Shown: positions 53,964-63,434 of the stretch, in pieces
Layout of the letters: every line of letters begins with the position of its first letter
Position numbering within the stretch: the stretch's first letter is position 1
Assembly (NCBI GenBank): GCA_045864775.1
Contig: BTVR01000002.1
Span: 867,055 to 931,054 of the forward strand
Direction: 5' to 3'
Length of the DNA: 64,000 nt
Source of the DNA: Pseudomonadota bacterium
GTDB taxonomy: Bacteria; Pseudomonadota; Gammaproteobacteria; UBA5335
Notes under the pieces: generated by a model
Told to the model about the DNA's origin: nothing
Databases searched by the model: none
Seen by the model: only the letters and a program-made list of their open reading frames with translations
Translations under genes and position numbers: made by a program

Positions 53964-54494
53964 ACGCGGATGGACGATGGCTGGTGCCTCAGCCTCTGGC
54001 AAAACAGGTGCGCGAGCGAGCTCGCATCCCGTCACCGCCGGCGCGCTGCCGCAAGCCACCGGAAAGCTCGGTCGCAGCAGCGCCCGCCGGATCCCACAGT
54101 GCGACAACCTCATCATAGCTTTGGCCTGCGGTTCGACCAGACCCTGCGGCCGAAGGCCCGGCAAGACCCGCGGTTGGCGGGCTGCACCGGACGGCGGAGC
54201 CAAGCGATGCCGCCGCTCCGTGCCTACGCTGCGCCGCTGGACCTCGCATGGCTGCCCCAGTCGGCGATCGGGCCGAGCACCGGGAATGTCACATCGGTGG
54301 CGACTCCTCGCGATCTACCGGTGGATGGCGCGCCATCCTTTCGAGCGTGCAGGTACGCACTCCGGACGGTTCATCTCCTTCCGGCACCACCCCTATCATG
54401 CGGGTCAGGCAACCCAGAGAAATGCTTCTTGAGATCATGCATGCGATGCCCCCTTCGGTCGACGTTGGCACGCACAACCGCTAGAATCCCCGCC

Positions 54495-54597
54495 GTCATC
54501 GGGGAGTAGCCGCTCTTCCACCGGAAGAGGCTTGCGTCAACACACTTGGCCCATCGGCCATGGCGCAGGCAGTCCCGCACCTGGCCAGACCTTTGAC
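54495..54597 (+). promoter_or_regulatory. yybP-ykoY (Mn2+-sensing) riboswitch
   Basis: Conserved blocks GGGGAGTAGC (54501-54510), GTCAACACAC (54536-54545) and AGACCTTTGAC (54587-54597) are present. The P1 helix is gtca/tgac and an internal hairpin is ctcttcc-accg-ggaagag. It lies 65 nt upstream of a UPF0016 gene. Confidence 0.8.
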
Positions 54598-54662
54598 CAC
54601 AGCGCCTCCGCAGGCCGGGGCGGCGCCGTGGTCAATGCCGTCGTTCCGGCCGGAGAAATTTC

Positions 54663-55229
54663 ATGGAATCCTTTTTCGTCTCCACCGGCCTCGTTGCGCT
54701 GGCCGAAATCGGCGACAAGACCCAGCTCCTGGCCTTCATCCTCGCCGCGCGCTTCCGGCGCCCCGTGCCCATCGTGCTGGGCATCCTCGCGGCCACGCTG
54801 TTCAACCACGGCCTCGCTGGCAGCCTGGGCGCCTGGATCGCGGGCGCGGTCGCTCCGGCGATTCTGCGCACCGTGCTGGGGCTGTCCTTCCTCGCCATGG
54901 CCGTCTGGATGCTGATCCCCGATCGGATCGACGCCGATGAGATGCGTCTGTCGCAGCGGCTGGGCGTCTTCGGCACCACGCTGCTCGCCTTTTTCTTCGC
55001 CGAGATGGGCGACAAGACCCAGATCGCCACGGTGGCGATGGCCTCGCATTACGCCGCGCTCGTACCGGTGGTCGGCGGCTCGACGCTCGGCATGATGATC
55101 GCGAACGTCCCGGCCGTCCTGATCGGCGAGCGTCTGGCGGCGCGTCTGCCCACCCGGCGCATCCACCAGCTCGCCGCCGCGCTGTTCGCGCTTTTGGGCG
55201 CGGCTGTGCTGCTGGGCGTGGGGACGTGA
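54663..55229 (+). CDS. UPF0016 (GDT1/TMEM165, MneA-like) family cation (Mn2+/Ca2+) transporter
   Basis: Two copies of the E-x-G-D-(KR)-(TS) motif (AEIGDKTQ and AEMGDKTQ) are present, with six predicted TM segments. Confidence 0.88.
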   Translation: MESFFVSTGLVALAEIGDKTQLLAFILAARFRRPVPIVLGILAATLFNHGLAGSLGAWIAGAVAPAILRTVLGLSFLAMAVWMLIPDRIDADEMRLSQRLGVFGTTLLAFFFAEMGDKTQIATVAMASHYAALVPVVGGSTLGMMIANVPAVLIGERLAARLPTRRIHQLAAALFALLGAAVLLGVGT

Positions 55230-55284
55230 ATCGGGCCTGCATGGCCACATCCCCCGGCGGAGGCGGGCGCATGATTGGGCTATC

Positions 55285-56556
55285 ATGAGCGCTCCGCCGT
55301 TTCCCGCGAGTCGACCGACCATGGACAACCCCGCGGCTCCACCGCGTCATCAGGCCCACGCCGTGCGCGTCCGCAACCTGACGGTCGGCGGCAGCGCGCC
55401 CGTCGCCGTGCAGTCGATGACCAACACCGACACCGCCGACGAGGTCGCCACCGCCATCCAGGTGGCGCAGCTCCATCGCGCCGGCTCGGAGCTGGTGCGC
55501 ATCACGGTCAACACGGTCGAGGCCGCCGCCGCGGTGCCCGGCATCCGCGAGCGGCTGGACCGCATGGGCCTCGACGTGCCCCTGGTCGGCGATTTTCACT
55601 TCAACGGCCACAAGCTGCTGGCCGGCAACCCGGCCTGCGCCGAGGCGCTGGACAAATACCGCATCAACCCGGGCAATGTCGGCAAAGGACAGCGCCGCGA
55701 CAGCCAGTTCGCGCAGATGATCGAGCTGGCCTGCCGCTACGACAAGCCGGTCCGCATCGGTGTGAACTGGGGCAGTCTCGATCAGGACCTGCTGGCGCGC
55801 ATGATGGACGACAACGCCCGCCGGCCCGATCCGTGGGATCCGCGGCGGGTGATGGACGAGGCCCTTATTGCCTCGGCGCTGGACAGCGCGGCGCGGGCCG
55901 AGGAACTGGGTCTTGCCGCCGACCGCATCATCATCTCCTGCAAGCTCAGCGGCGTGCAGGACCTGATCCGCGTCTACCGCGAGCTGGCCCGGCGCTGCAC
56001 CTACTCCCTGCATCTGGGCCTCACCGAAGCCGGCATGGGCGTCAAGGGCATCGTCGCCTCCACCGCCGCGCTGGCCGTGCTGCTCCAGGAAGGCATCGGC
56101 GACACCATCCGCATCTCGCTCACGCCGCAGCCCGGCGAGTCGCGCACCCGCGAAGTGGAAGTGGCGCAGGAGATCCTGCAAAGCATGGGCCTGCGCGCCT
56201 TCACGCCCAGCGTCGTCGCCTGCCCCGGCTGCGGACGCACCACCAGCACCGTGTTCCAGGAACTCGCCCGCGACATCCAGAGCCACCTGCGCGAGCAGAT
56301 GCCGCTCTGGCGCGAGCGCTATCCGGGCGTGGAAAACATGACGGTCGCCGTCATGGGCTGCGTGGTCAATGGCCCCGGCGAGAGCCGGCATGCCAACGTG
56401 GGGATTTCACTGCCCGGCACCGGCGAGGTGCCGGTGGCGCCGGTCTATGTCGACGGGGAGAAGACCGTCACGCTCAAGGGCGAGACCATCGCCGTGGACT
56501 TCGCGCGCATCGTCGACGACTACGTGGTCCGCCGCTACGGCAAAGCTGCCCTTTAG
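55285..56556 (+). CDS. ispG: 4-hydroxy-3-methylbut-2-en-1-yl diphosphate synthase IspG (GcpE)
   Basis: [17 protein letters not shown] and the CPGCGRT cluster motif are present. An alternative start is at 55321. Confidence 0.95.
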   Translation: MSAPPFPASRPTMDNPAAPPRHQAHAVRVRNLTVGGSAPVAVQSMTNTDTADEVATAIQVAQLHRAGSELVRITVNTVEAAAAVPGIRERLDRMGLDVPLVGDFHFNGHKLLAGNPACAEALDKYRINPGNVGKGQRRDSQFAQMIELACRYDKPVRIGVNWGSLDQDLLARMMDDNARRPDPWDPRRVMDEALIASALDSAARAEELGLAADRIIISCKLSGVQDLIRVYRELARRCTYSLHLGLTEAGMGVKGIVASTAALAVLLQEGIGDTIRISLTPQPGESRTREVEVAQEILQSMGLRAFTPSVVACPGCGRTTSTVFQELARDIQSHLREQMPLWRERYPGVENMTVAVMGCVVNGPGESRHANVGISLPGTGEVPVAPVYVDGEKTVTLKGETIAVDFARIVDDYVVRRYGKAAL

Positions 56557-56645
56557 GCTGCATCACGCCGTAACCCGTCCGCCATCCTGTAAGCGATCGT
56601 TGCGTCGATTCGCGTCCCCTTGTCAGTCCGGGGAATGCCTTGCCG

Positions 56646-57471
56646 ATGACCGAATGGTACCCACGCGAGATCGACGACGAGGGGTGTGTCGCCCACTACA
56701 CAGGCTTTGAATCCGGCAGAAAAATATTGGCGAGCAATGCGCTTCGGCTCGGCCGTGTCGAGCATCTGTGCGATCCGCGAGAATATACGTTTGGCTGGAT
56801 AGACATCGACTCTTCTGTTGAAGACGGGAGCTCAACTCTCGAGCTTCTCGAGCGCCACTTGAAAACCACTGCGGCCCAAAAACGCTTTCAGAAAAATTGC
56901 CGCATTCTTTGCACCTGCGCCCGAATCGCGGGCGAACACACCTTTTGCCCGGTCGAGTCATCGGCTTACGGCCGGCCGCGGATGTGGGCCCAGTACGGAG
57001 GAAAAGGCGAAGGTCTGTGTCTCGTTCTGGACAGAAACAAGGTTCAGACGGCTTTGGAAAAAAAAGGCGGAACACCCCAGATATCTTCTTGAGGGAGAGG
57101 TCGCCTATTATCCCTGGCTCTCCCAGGGAAGTGGGGGCGCATCGCTTTCTTCCGATCCGGACATCGATTGGGACACTGTGAACGTTTTCGATCTGGTCAA
57201 CGAAAACGAGATGATTCGCTCGACGCTTTTCATGAAGAGCATCGACTGGAGAGACGAGTCGGAATACCGGTGGCTGCTTTATTCCGCGGATAGCGGGGAA
57301 GTCAGCCTACCGCTCGATCAATGCCTGGTCGGCATCGTCCTGGGACCCGCCACCAAAAACATTCGCGACATCAAAACCGCTCGTGAATACTGCCGGAGAT
57401 TCCAACGGCCACTGTACAAGCTCAACTATGAGCACCCCAAGTACGAACTAGACGAACTGGATTGGCGGTAG
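56646..57471 (+). pseudogene. DUF2971-family gene interrupted by a frameshift at an A8 tract
   Basis: The first part (to the stop at 57092) has HYTGFESGRKILASNALRLG..LCDPRE and RMWAQYGGKGEGLCLVLD. The continuation in the next frame has VAYYPW and FMKSIDWRDESEYRWLL. The frames meet at aaaaaaaa (57058-57065). G+C is visibly lower than in the flanks. Confidence 0.75.
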
Positions 57472-57566
57472 CCGTCAGCGACCCGCAGAGGTAGCCGCCG
57501 GCCTCTTTGGCCTTGGCTCCCTCATCAGCGGCGAGAGGTGCGCCGCCACGGAGGCGGCGCATGCGT

Positions 57567-57899
57567 TTAGCAGTTGCCTTTCTTCGCCTGTCCCGGCGGG
57601 CAGAAGCCCCCGCGTGCGGGCGGGGCGACGATGACGGCTGGCGCCGAGCCACCCACCGAATGGTGGTGATGGCCATCCCGATCCTCGTCGACGGCAATCG
57701 CGGTGCCAGCAGCCGCGCCGACCGCGCCACCCAGGATGGCGCCCTCGCGGCCGCCGACCTGCTGGCCGATGACCGCGCCCGTGGCGCCGCCGAGCGCGCC
57801 GCCGATGGCGGCCTCGGTCGTGGCGCTCTGGGCCAGCGCGGGCGCGCCGTACATCAAAACCAACGCCGTCACCCCGATCAATCCGATATTGCGTTTCAT
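57567..57899 (-). CDS. Secreted glycine-zipper protein with a DEDRDGHHHH segment and a CPPGQAKKGNC tail
   Basis: The start at 57899 follows a GGGGG-rich SD. The signal peptide ends APALA. The glycine zipper is GGALGGATGAVIGQQVGGREGAILGGAVGAAAG. Confidence 0.75.
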   Translation of the reverse strand: MKRNIGLIGVTALVLMYGAPALAQSATTEAAIGGALGGATGAVIGQQVGGREGAILGGAVGAAAGTAIAVDEDRDGHHHHSVGGSAPAVIVAPPARGGFCPPGQAKKGNC

Positions 57900-57984
57900 G
57901 TTGCTGCCCCCCTTCGTGTTCTGCGCGAAGCGGCTGGCTCGCGACCAGCCGCTCCGCATGCGGACGCCCTGCCGGGGCCGATCA

Positions 57985-58449
57985 TCAGTGACCATGGCGG
58001 TCATGATGGCGGCGATGATGCCATGCAGCCTCGCGCGCCACATGTCGCGCCACCGGATGATAATGCCCGCGGGGAACCACCACTGGCCGGTTGATCACCA
58101 CCGGGCGGGCCGGGTAATACGCGACCGGCCGCGCGGGATAGTAGGCCACCGGGCGCGCCGGATAATAAGCGGCGGGCCGGGCCGGATAGTAGGCCACCGG
58201 CGCCGCGTGGCCGCCGTAATAGGCGGGGCGATCGTGGTCATGATCGTCCACCGCCAGACCCGCGCCGAGGGCACCACCCAGCGCGCCGCCGATGGCCGCG
58301 CCCGTGGCACCGCCGACCTGCTGCCCGATCACGGCGCCTGCCGCGCCACCGAGCGCGCCGGCGACGATGGCCTCGCGCCGGTCATTGTCTGCCAGCGCGC
58401 TCGTCGATCCCAACAAACCAATCAATCCCGCCAGCATCAACCGTTTCAT
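57985..58449 (-). CDS. Secreted glycine-zipper protein with YYPARPV repeats and a His-rich tail (paralog of 57567..57899)
   Basis: The start is at 58449. The signal peptide ends TSALA. The zipper is GALGGAAGAVIGQQVGGATGAAIGGALGG, followed by DDHDHD, 4 x (A)YYPARP(V/A) and HYHP..WHHRRHHDRHGH. Confidence 0.75.
   Translation of the reverse strand: MKRLMLAGLIGLLGSTSALADNDRREAIVAGALGGAAGAVIGQQVGGATGAAIGGALGGALGAGLAVDDHDHDRPAYYGGHAAPVAYYPARPAAYYPARPVAYYPARPVAYYPARPVVINRPVVVPRGHYHPVARHVAREAAWHHRRHHDRHGH
58102..58197 (-). repeat. Four imperfect 24-nt tandem repeats encoding the YYPARPV units
   Basis: cgggcgggccgggtaatacgcgac / cggccgcgcgggatagtaggccac / cgggcgcgccggataataagcggc / gggccgggccggatagtaggccac. 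Confidence 0.8.
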
Positions 58450-58529
58450 GGCTGTTACTCCAACCGAACACCCCTCCTGGGGCGCGTACTGATTGGAACA
58501 TGGCACACGGCGCAAGCAACTGTTTCCAC

Positions 58530-61500
58530 TCAGCGACAGCCTTCGAACACCTCCGTCAGGCGGCGCTCCGAGACACGGCCCAAAACCCCGAGTTCCTGCG
58601 CGAACAGCGACAGACGATATTCCTCGATCATCCAGCGCAGCGTGTCCCGCCGGGACCGGCACTCGGAGTCGTCGGTGGCCGGCAAATCCGCCAGACGCCG
58701 CAACCAGTGCGCTACGGCCGCCTGCCACTGGGCGTCGCGCGCCGCCCGCCCGGACAGCTTGTCCAGCCGCAGCCGCGCGCCCTTGAGGTAGACCGCCAGC
58801 CGGCCGAGCCAAGGATCCTCGATGCGCGCCGCAAACCCCGGCGCCATCAACCACTCGGCTTGCGCCCGGATGTCGGCCTGGACGCTGCGCCGGGGTTCGG
58901 CGGCGTCCACCTGCAACAGGGGCCGAAGCTGCTTGTACTCGGTGAGCGCCGCGTGCACGGCCTGCGTGACCTCTCCGGCGGTGCTCATGAGCTGGCGCCG
59001 GCCCGCCTCGAGCCGTGCGGCGAAGGCCTCGGCATCGCGCGGCAAGGGCTCGGCCAGAAATAATCGCTTGAGCACCGCCTCGACCACATCGGCCCGCAGC
59101 GCCTCCCAGCGGCCCAGCGGCGCGTACGACAAGCCCAGCTCGCGCGTGAGCGGCAACTGCTTTTCCAGCAGGCGCAGGGAGGCGCCCAACTGCAGACGCG
59201 CCAAGGCCAGCACACCGGCGCGATGTGCGGCCCGGGCGGCCTCGGGCCGATCGAACAGCCGCAGCGCCACGGCGCCCTCTTCCGTCGCGAGCGCCGGCCA
59301 CGCCGGCACGCGCAGGCCCGCCCGCACGATCTCCACGGGTCCTTCGGGCAGCGGCCCGAAATCCCACGCGGTCACGCGCTCCCGATTCCAGCGCGCCGCG
59401 CCGTCCCCCATCGCGGGAACCGCCTCTGCCGGCGCCGCGATCCGTCCGTCGCCGCGATGGGCGGCCTGCAGCGCGGCCAGATCGCGCCCGGCCGCGACGA
59501 TGCGCCCATCCGGCGCCAGGACCTCGAAGCGCATGCGCAGATTGTCGGGCAGCGCCTGCTCGCGCCAGTCTTCGGGCGGCACCACGACGCCGGTCATGCG
59601 CGCCAGGGCCTCTGACAGCGCGTCGCGCAAAGGTGCCTCGGGCGCTTCCAGCAACGCTTCGGTTGCGGCCTGCGCGAAATGCGGCGCCGGAATGAAATGG
59701 CGGCGCAGCGCCTTGGGCAGGGCGCGGATCAGCGCCTCCACCTTGTCCGCGAGCATGCCCGGCACCAGACGCTCGAACACTTCGGCGCGCAGCGGCGCCA
59801 GAGCCGGCTGAGGGATCTGGACCGTGACCCCGTCCTCGGGATCGCCGGGCTCGAAGCGATAACGCAGGCGCAGCGGCATGCTCGCGACCGTCATCTGGTC
59901 GGGATAGGCGCGGCTGTCCGCCCAGGCCGAGTCGGCGCGCACCAGATCCTCGCGGCGCATGAACAGGAATCGCGGCGCGTCGCGCTCGACCTCCTGGCGC
60001 CATCGCTCGAAACGCGCCATGTCGTGGACGTCCGCCGGGATGCGCTGCGCGTAGAAGTCGAAAGGTGCGTTCTCATCCAGCAGGGCGCCGGGCTGACGGA
60101 GCTTGGCTTCTTCCTCGGTCAGTTCGGCCCACAGGGCGCGGTTGTGCGCCAGAAAGCCCCCGCGGGTGCGGCATTCGCCGGCGACCAGACCCTCGCGGAT
60201 CAGAAGCTCCCGCGCGAGCACAGGATCGATGGGCCCGTAATCGACCGGGCGCCGGGCACTCAGGATCAGCCCGTGCAGGCTGGTCTGCATGTAGGCGCCC
60301 ACCCGCCCGGCCCGCGCCTGCCAATGCGGCTCCAGATAGCTGCGCTTGAGCAGATCCCCGGCGGCAGCCTCGACCCAGGCCGGCTCGATCGCCGCCACGG
60401 TGCGCGCGTAGAGCCGGGTGGTCTGCACCAGCTCGGCGGCCATCACCCACTCCGGGCGCTTCTTCGCCAGTCCGGAGCCGGGATGCAGATGGAAGCGCAC
60501 GCCGCGCGCGCCCTGATAATCGCCCTCCTCGCGCTTGCGCCCGATGCGACCCAACAGGCCGCTGAGCAGCGCCTGATGAATGGCGGCCTCGGTGGCTGGT
60601 TCCTGATTCACCCGCAGGGACTGCTCGTGCGCCAGTTGCAGCAGTTCGCGGTGCACGTCGGACCACTCGCGCAGGCGCAGCGCCGAGACCATGTGCGCGT
60701 CACAGAACTGCCGCCGCGCCGCGCCCGAACCGCCGGCCGCGCGCCAGGCCTCCCACAGCCGCAGGTAACTCAGGAAATCCGAGCGCGGGTGCCGAAATAC
60801 GGCCTGTTTGCTGTCGGCGAGCGCCGCCTGTTCGGGCGGTCGCTCGCGCGGGTCGCCGACGGCCAGCGCGCTGGCGATGATGAGCACCTCATGCAGACAA
60901 TGATGTTCGGCGCCGGCAAGCACCATGCGCCCGATCACCGGATCCACGGGCAGCCGCGCCAGATCCCGGCCGCGGCGGGTGAGTTGGCCCGCGGCGTCGA
61001 GCGCGCCCAGCTCGCGCAGCAGTTGCACCGCGTCCTTCACATAGCGCGCATCGGGCGGATCGGGGAAGGGAAAGTCTTCGATCTCGCCCAGCCGCAGCGC
61101 CTTCATCTGCAGCACCACGCCGGCGAGGTTGGTGCGCAGGATTTCGGGGTCGGTGAAGCGCGGCCGCGCCAGATAGTCCGCCTCGCCGTAGAGCCGGATG
61201 CAGACGCCCGGCGCAGTGCGCCCGCACCGGCCGGCGCGCTGGTCGGCGCTGGCCTGGGAGACGGGCTCAATGGGCAGCCGGCCGACCTTGGTGCGGTGGC
61301 TGTAGCGGCTGATGCGCGCGAGGCCCGTATCGATGACGTGGCGGATGCCGGGCACGGTGAGCGAGGTCTCGGCCACGTTGGTGGCGAGCACGATGCGCCG
61401 CTGCCGGTGCGACTGGAACACCAGATCCTGGTGTCGCGCGGCCAGCCGGGCATAGAGCGGCAGGATCTCGGTGCCGGGCAGGTTCTGCCGGCGCAGCGCG

Positions 61501-62411
61501 TCGCCGACCTCGCGGATGTCGCGCTCGCCCGGCAGGAAGACCAAAATGTCCTCGCGACCGCCCCGGTCCAGCTCGGCCACCGCCGCCAGCACACCGTCCG
61601 TCGGATCGCGCAGCGCCTTGGGGTCGGCGTCGAGCGGCCGGTAGCGCAGCTCCACGGGGTAGGTCCGCCCCGCCACGCTGAACACCGGCGCGCCGTCGAA
61701 GTGCCGCGCAAAGCGCTCCGGATCGATGGTGGCCGAGGTGATGATGATCTTCAGATCCGGTCTGCGCGGCAGCAGTTGCTTGAGATAACCCAGGAGAAAA
61801 TCGATGTTCAGGCTGCGCTCGTGCGCCTCGTCGATGATCAGGGTGTCGTAGGCCCAGAGCATGCGGTCGCGCGCCAGCTCGGCCAGCAGGATGCCGTCGG
61901 TCATGACCTTGATGAAGGGGTCGGGACCGAGCTGTTCGGCAAACCGGACCTGGTAGCCTGCCACTTCACCCAGCGGCGCGCCCAGTTCCTGGGCCAGCCG
62001 CGCCGCCACGGTGCGCGCGGCCAGGCGGCGTGGCTGGGTGTGGCCGATGAGCCCGCGAATGCCGCGCCCGGCTTCCAGGCACAGCTTGGGGATTTGCGTG
62101 GTCTTGCCCGAGCCGGTCGCGCCGCAGATCACCACTACGGGATGGTCGGCGATGGCGGCGACCAATTCCTCGCGGGCGCCACTGACGGGCAGCTCGGGCG
62201 GGTAATGCAGGGCCGGCAGCCGCGCCCGCCGTGCCTCGCAAGCCGCGCGGCTGGCCTCGATGGCGTCTGTGAACGCGTCCATCGCCGCGGCGCTCGCCGC
62301 GCCGCGGCGTTGCATTTCCTGCAGCGCCGACCAACGTCGGCGCAGGGCGGGTTGATCCGCGCTGCGGCAGACCTCCAGATCCGCCGGCGGAGCGAGGTCG
62401 GCGCGCGGCAT
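58530..62411 (-). CDS. hrpA: ATP-dependent RNA helicase HrpA (DEAH-box)
   Basis: 1293 aa with GATGSGKTTQ, DEAHERS, and HA2/OB and C-terminal HrpA-specific regions. Confidence 0.96.
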   Translation of the reverse strand: MPRADLAPPADLEVCRSADQPALRRRWSALQEMQRRGAASAAAMDAFTDAIEASRAACEARRARLPALHYPPELPVSGAREELVAAIADHPVVVICGATGSGKTTQIPKLCLEAGRGIRGLIGHTQPRRLAARTVAARLAQELGAPLGEVAGYQVRFAEQLGPDPFIKVMTDGILLAELARDRMLWAYDTLIIDEAHERSLNIDFLLGYLKQLLPRRPDLKIIITSATIDPERFARHFDGAPVFSVAGRTYPVELRYRPLDADPKALRDPTDGVLAAVAELDRGGREDILVFLPGERDIREVGDALRRQNLPGTEILPLYARLAARHQDLVFQSHRQRRIVLATNVAETSLTVPGIRHVIDTGLARISRYSHRTKVGRLPIEPVSQASADQRAGRCGRTAPGVCIRLYGEADYLARPRFTDPEILRTNLAGVVLQMKALRLGEIEDFPFPDPPDARYVKDAVQLLRELGALDAAGQLTRRGRDLARLPVDPVIGRMVLAGAEHHCLHEVLIIASALAVGDPRERPPEQAALADSKQAVFRHPRSDFLSYLRLWEAWRAAGGSGAARRQFCDAHMVSALRLREWSDVHRELLQLAHEQSLRVNQEPATEAAIHQALLSGLLGRIGRKREEGDYQGARGVRFHLHPGSGLAKKRPEWVMAAELVQTTRLYARTVAAIEPAWVEAAAGDLLKRSYLEPHWQARAGRVGAYMQTSLHGLILSARRPVDYGPIDPVLARELLIREGLVAGECRTRGGFLAHNRALWAELTEEEAKLRQPGALLDENAPFDFYAQRIPADVHDMARFERWRQEVERDAPRFLFMRREDLVRADSAWADSRAYPDQMTVASMPLRLRYRFEPGDPEDGVTVQIPQPALAPLRAEVFERLVPGMLADKVEALIRALPKALRRHFIPAPHFAQAATEALLEAPEAPLRDALSEALARMTGVVVPPEDWREQALPDNLRMRFEVLAPDGRIVAAGRDLAALQAAHRGDGRIAAPAEAVPAMGDGAARWNRERVTAWDFGPLPEGPVEIVRAGLRVPAWPALATEEGAVALRLFDRPEAARAAHRAGVLALARLQLGASLRLLEKQLPLTRELGLSYAPLGRWEALRADVVEAVLKRLFLAEPLPRDAEAFAARLEAGRRQLMSTAGEVTQAVHAALTEYKQLRPLLQVDAAEPRRSVQADIRAQAEWLMAPGFAARIEDPWLGRLAVYLKGARLRLDKLSGRAARDAQWQAAVAHWLRRLADLPATDDSECRSRRDTLRWMIEEYRLSLFAQELGVLGRVSERRLTEVFEGCR

Positions 62412-62425
62412 GAAGGGGCGACGGC

Positions 62426-63355
62426 TCAGGGGACGGACCTCGTGGCGTGCACGAGATGCAGATGCGGCAACACCTCGCGCAGGTCCTCACGCCCGGCGAG
62501 ATAGCGCGCCGCCAGCGCCTCGGGCCCCAGCGACTCGGTCATGACGAACCCGCCCTGCGCCAGTTGTGGTGCCAATTGTTCCAGCAGCAGGCCGCCGGGC
62601 AGCGACTCGCCGAACAGATGCGCCATGAGCCGGGTCCGCGCCAGCAGTCCCGGAAGCCGGGGCTCTGCGAACGCGCCGGCGCCGAGGACATCCAGCGTGA
62701 AATGGCTGCCCGGCGCGGCGCACTGCCCCACCGCCGCGATCAGGCGGCAGCACGCTTCCGGCGCCAGATAGTAGGCCACCCCGAGCCATGCAAAAAACGC
62801 CGGCCGGTCGGCATCGAAACCGGCGGCGTGCAGCGCATCGGGCAAGTGCTCGGGCGTCGAGAGATCCAGCGGCACCGGCGTGCGGCGATGCGGCGTCGGC
62901 AAGCCGGCGCGATGCGCCCGGGCGGCCTTGTCGGCCAGGACCGCCGGGCGGTCGACCTCGAACAGATGCACGGCGTCGAGCGCCGGTGGCCGGCGCCAGG
63001 CGAAGCTGTCCAGCCCCGCGCCCAGAATCACGTACTGATCGAGTCCCTGCGCCGCGGCGGCGGCCGCGAGCGCCTCCTCGGTGTAACGGCTGCGCACCAA
63101 GGTCGTCGCGGCGCCGGCGAGAAAGGTGCGATGAAAACCCGTCAACCGGCCGGCCAGCGCGCCGAGACGCGGACGCACCAGCAAACGATAGGCCGGATTG
63201 ACGAGAGTGAGCGCGTAGGGATCATCCAACACCCGCGGCTGCCGGCCGTGGCGATGATGATCGGCGCGCGCCAGCGCGGCGGCTTCGGCCATCGGGCTGG
63301 CCGCCAGAAACGGCAGATGACCGAGCCCGCCGAACAGCTTGTCCTGCCACCCCAT
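62426..63355 (-). CDS. Class I SAM-dependent methyltransferase (LCM / O-methyltransferase-like family)
   Basis: The start at 63355 is used. DPYALTL.. and the SAM-binding VILGAGLDSFAWR are present. Confidence 0.75.
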   Translation of the reverse strand: MGWQDKLFGGLGHLPFLAASPMAEAAALARADHHRHGRQPRVLDDPYALTLVNPAYRLLVRPRLGALAGRLTGFHRTFLAGAATTLVRSRYTEEALAAAAAAQGLDQYVILGAGLDSFAWRRPPALDAVHLFEVDRPAVLADKAARAHRAGLPTPHRRTPVPLDLSTPEHLPDALHAAGFDADRPAFFAWLGVAYYLAPEACCRLIAAVGQCAAPGSHFTLDVLGAGAFAEPRLPGLLARTRLMAHLFGESLPGGLLLEQLAPQLAQGGFVMTESLGPEALAARYLAGREDLREVLPHLHLVHATRSVP

Positions 63356-63434
63356 CGATGGTTCACCGCAGTCAAAACGATCATGATAATGGATCGGCGC
63401 GGCATTGCAGGCGCGCCTCATGCAGGAGAAAACC

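Noticed and set aside
53304-54203. 299-aa minus-strand ORF.
   Set aside because: It is antisense to the acyltransferase gene for most of its length, has a low-complexity Arg/Ala/Pro-rich translation and contains no recognisable motif.
57985-60003. 672-aa minus-strand ORF.
   Set aside because: Most of it is an out-of-frame shadow of hrpA. Only the last 154 codons (from the Met at 58449, with a signal peptide) form a credible gene.
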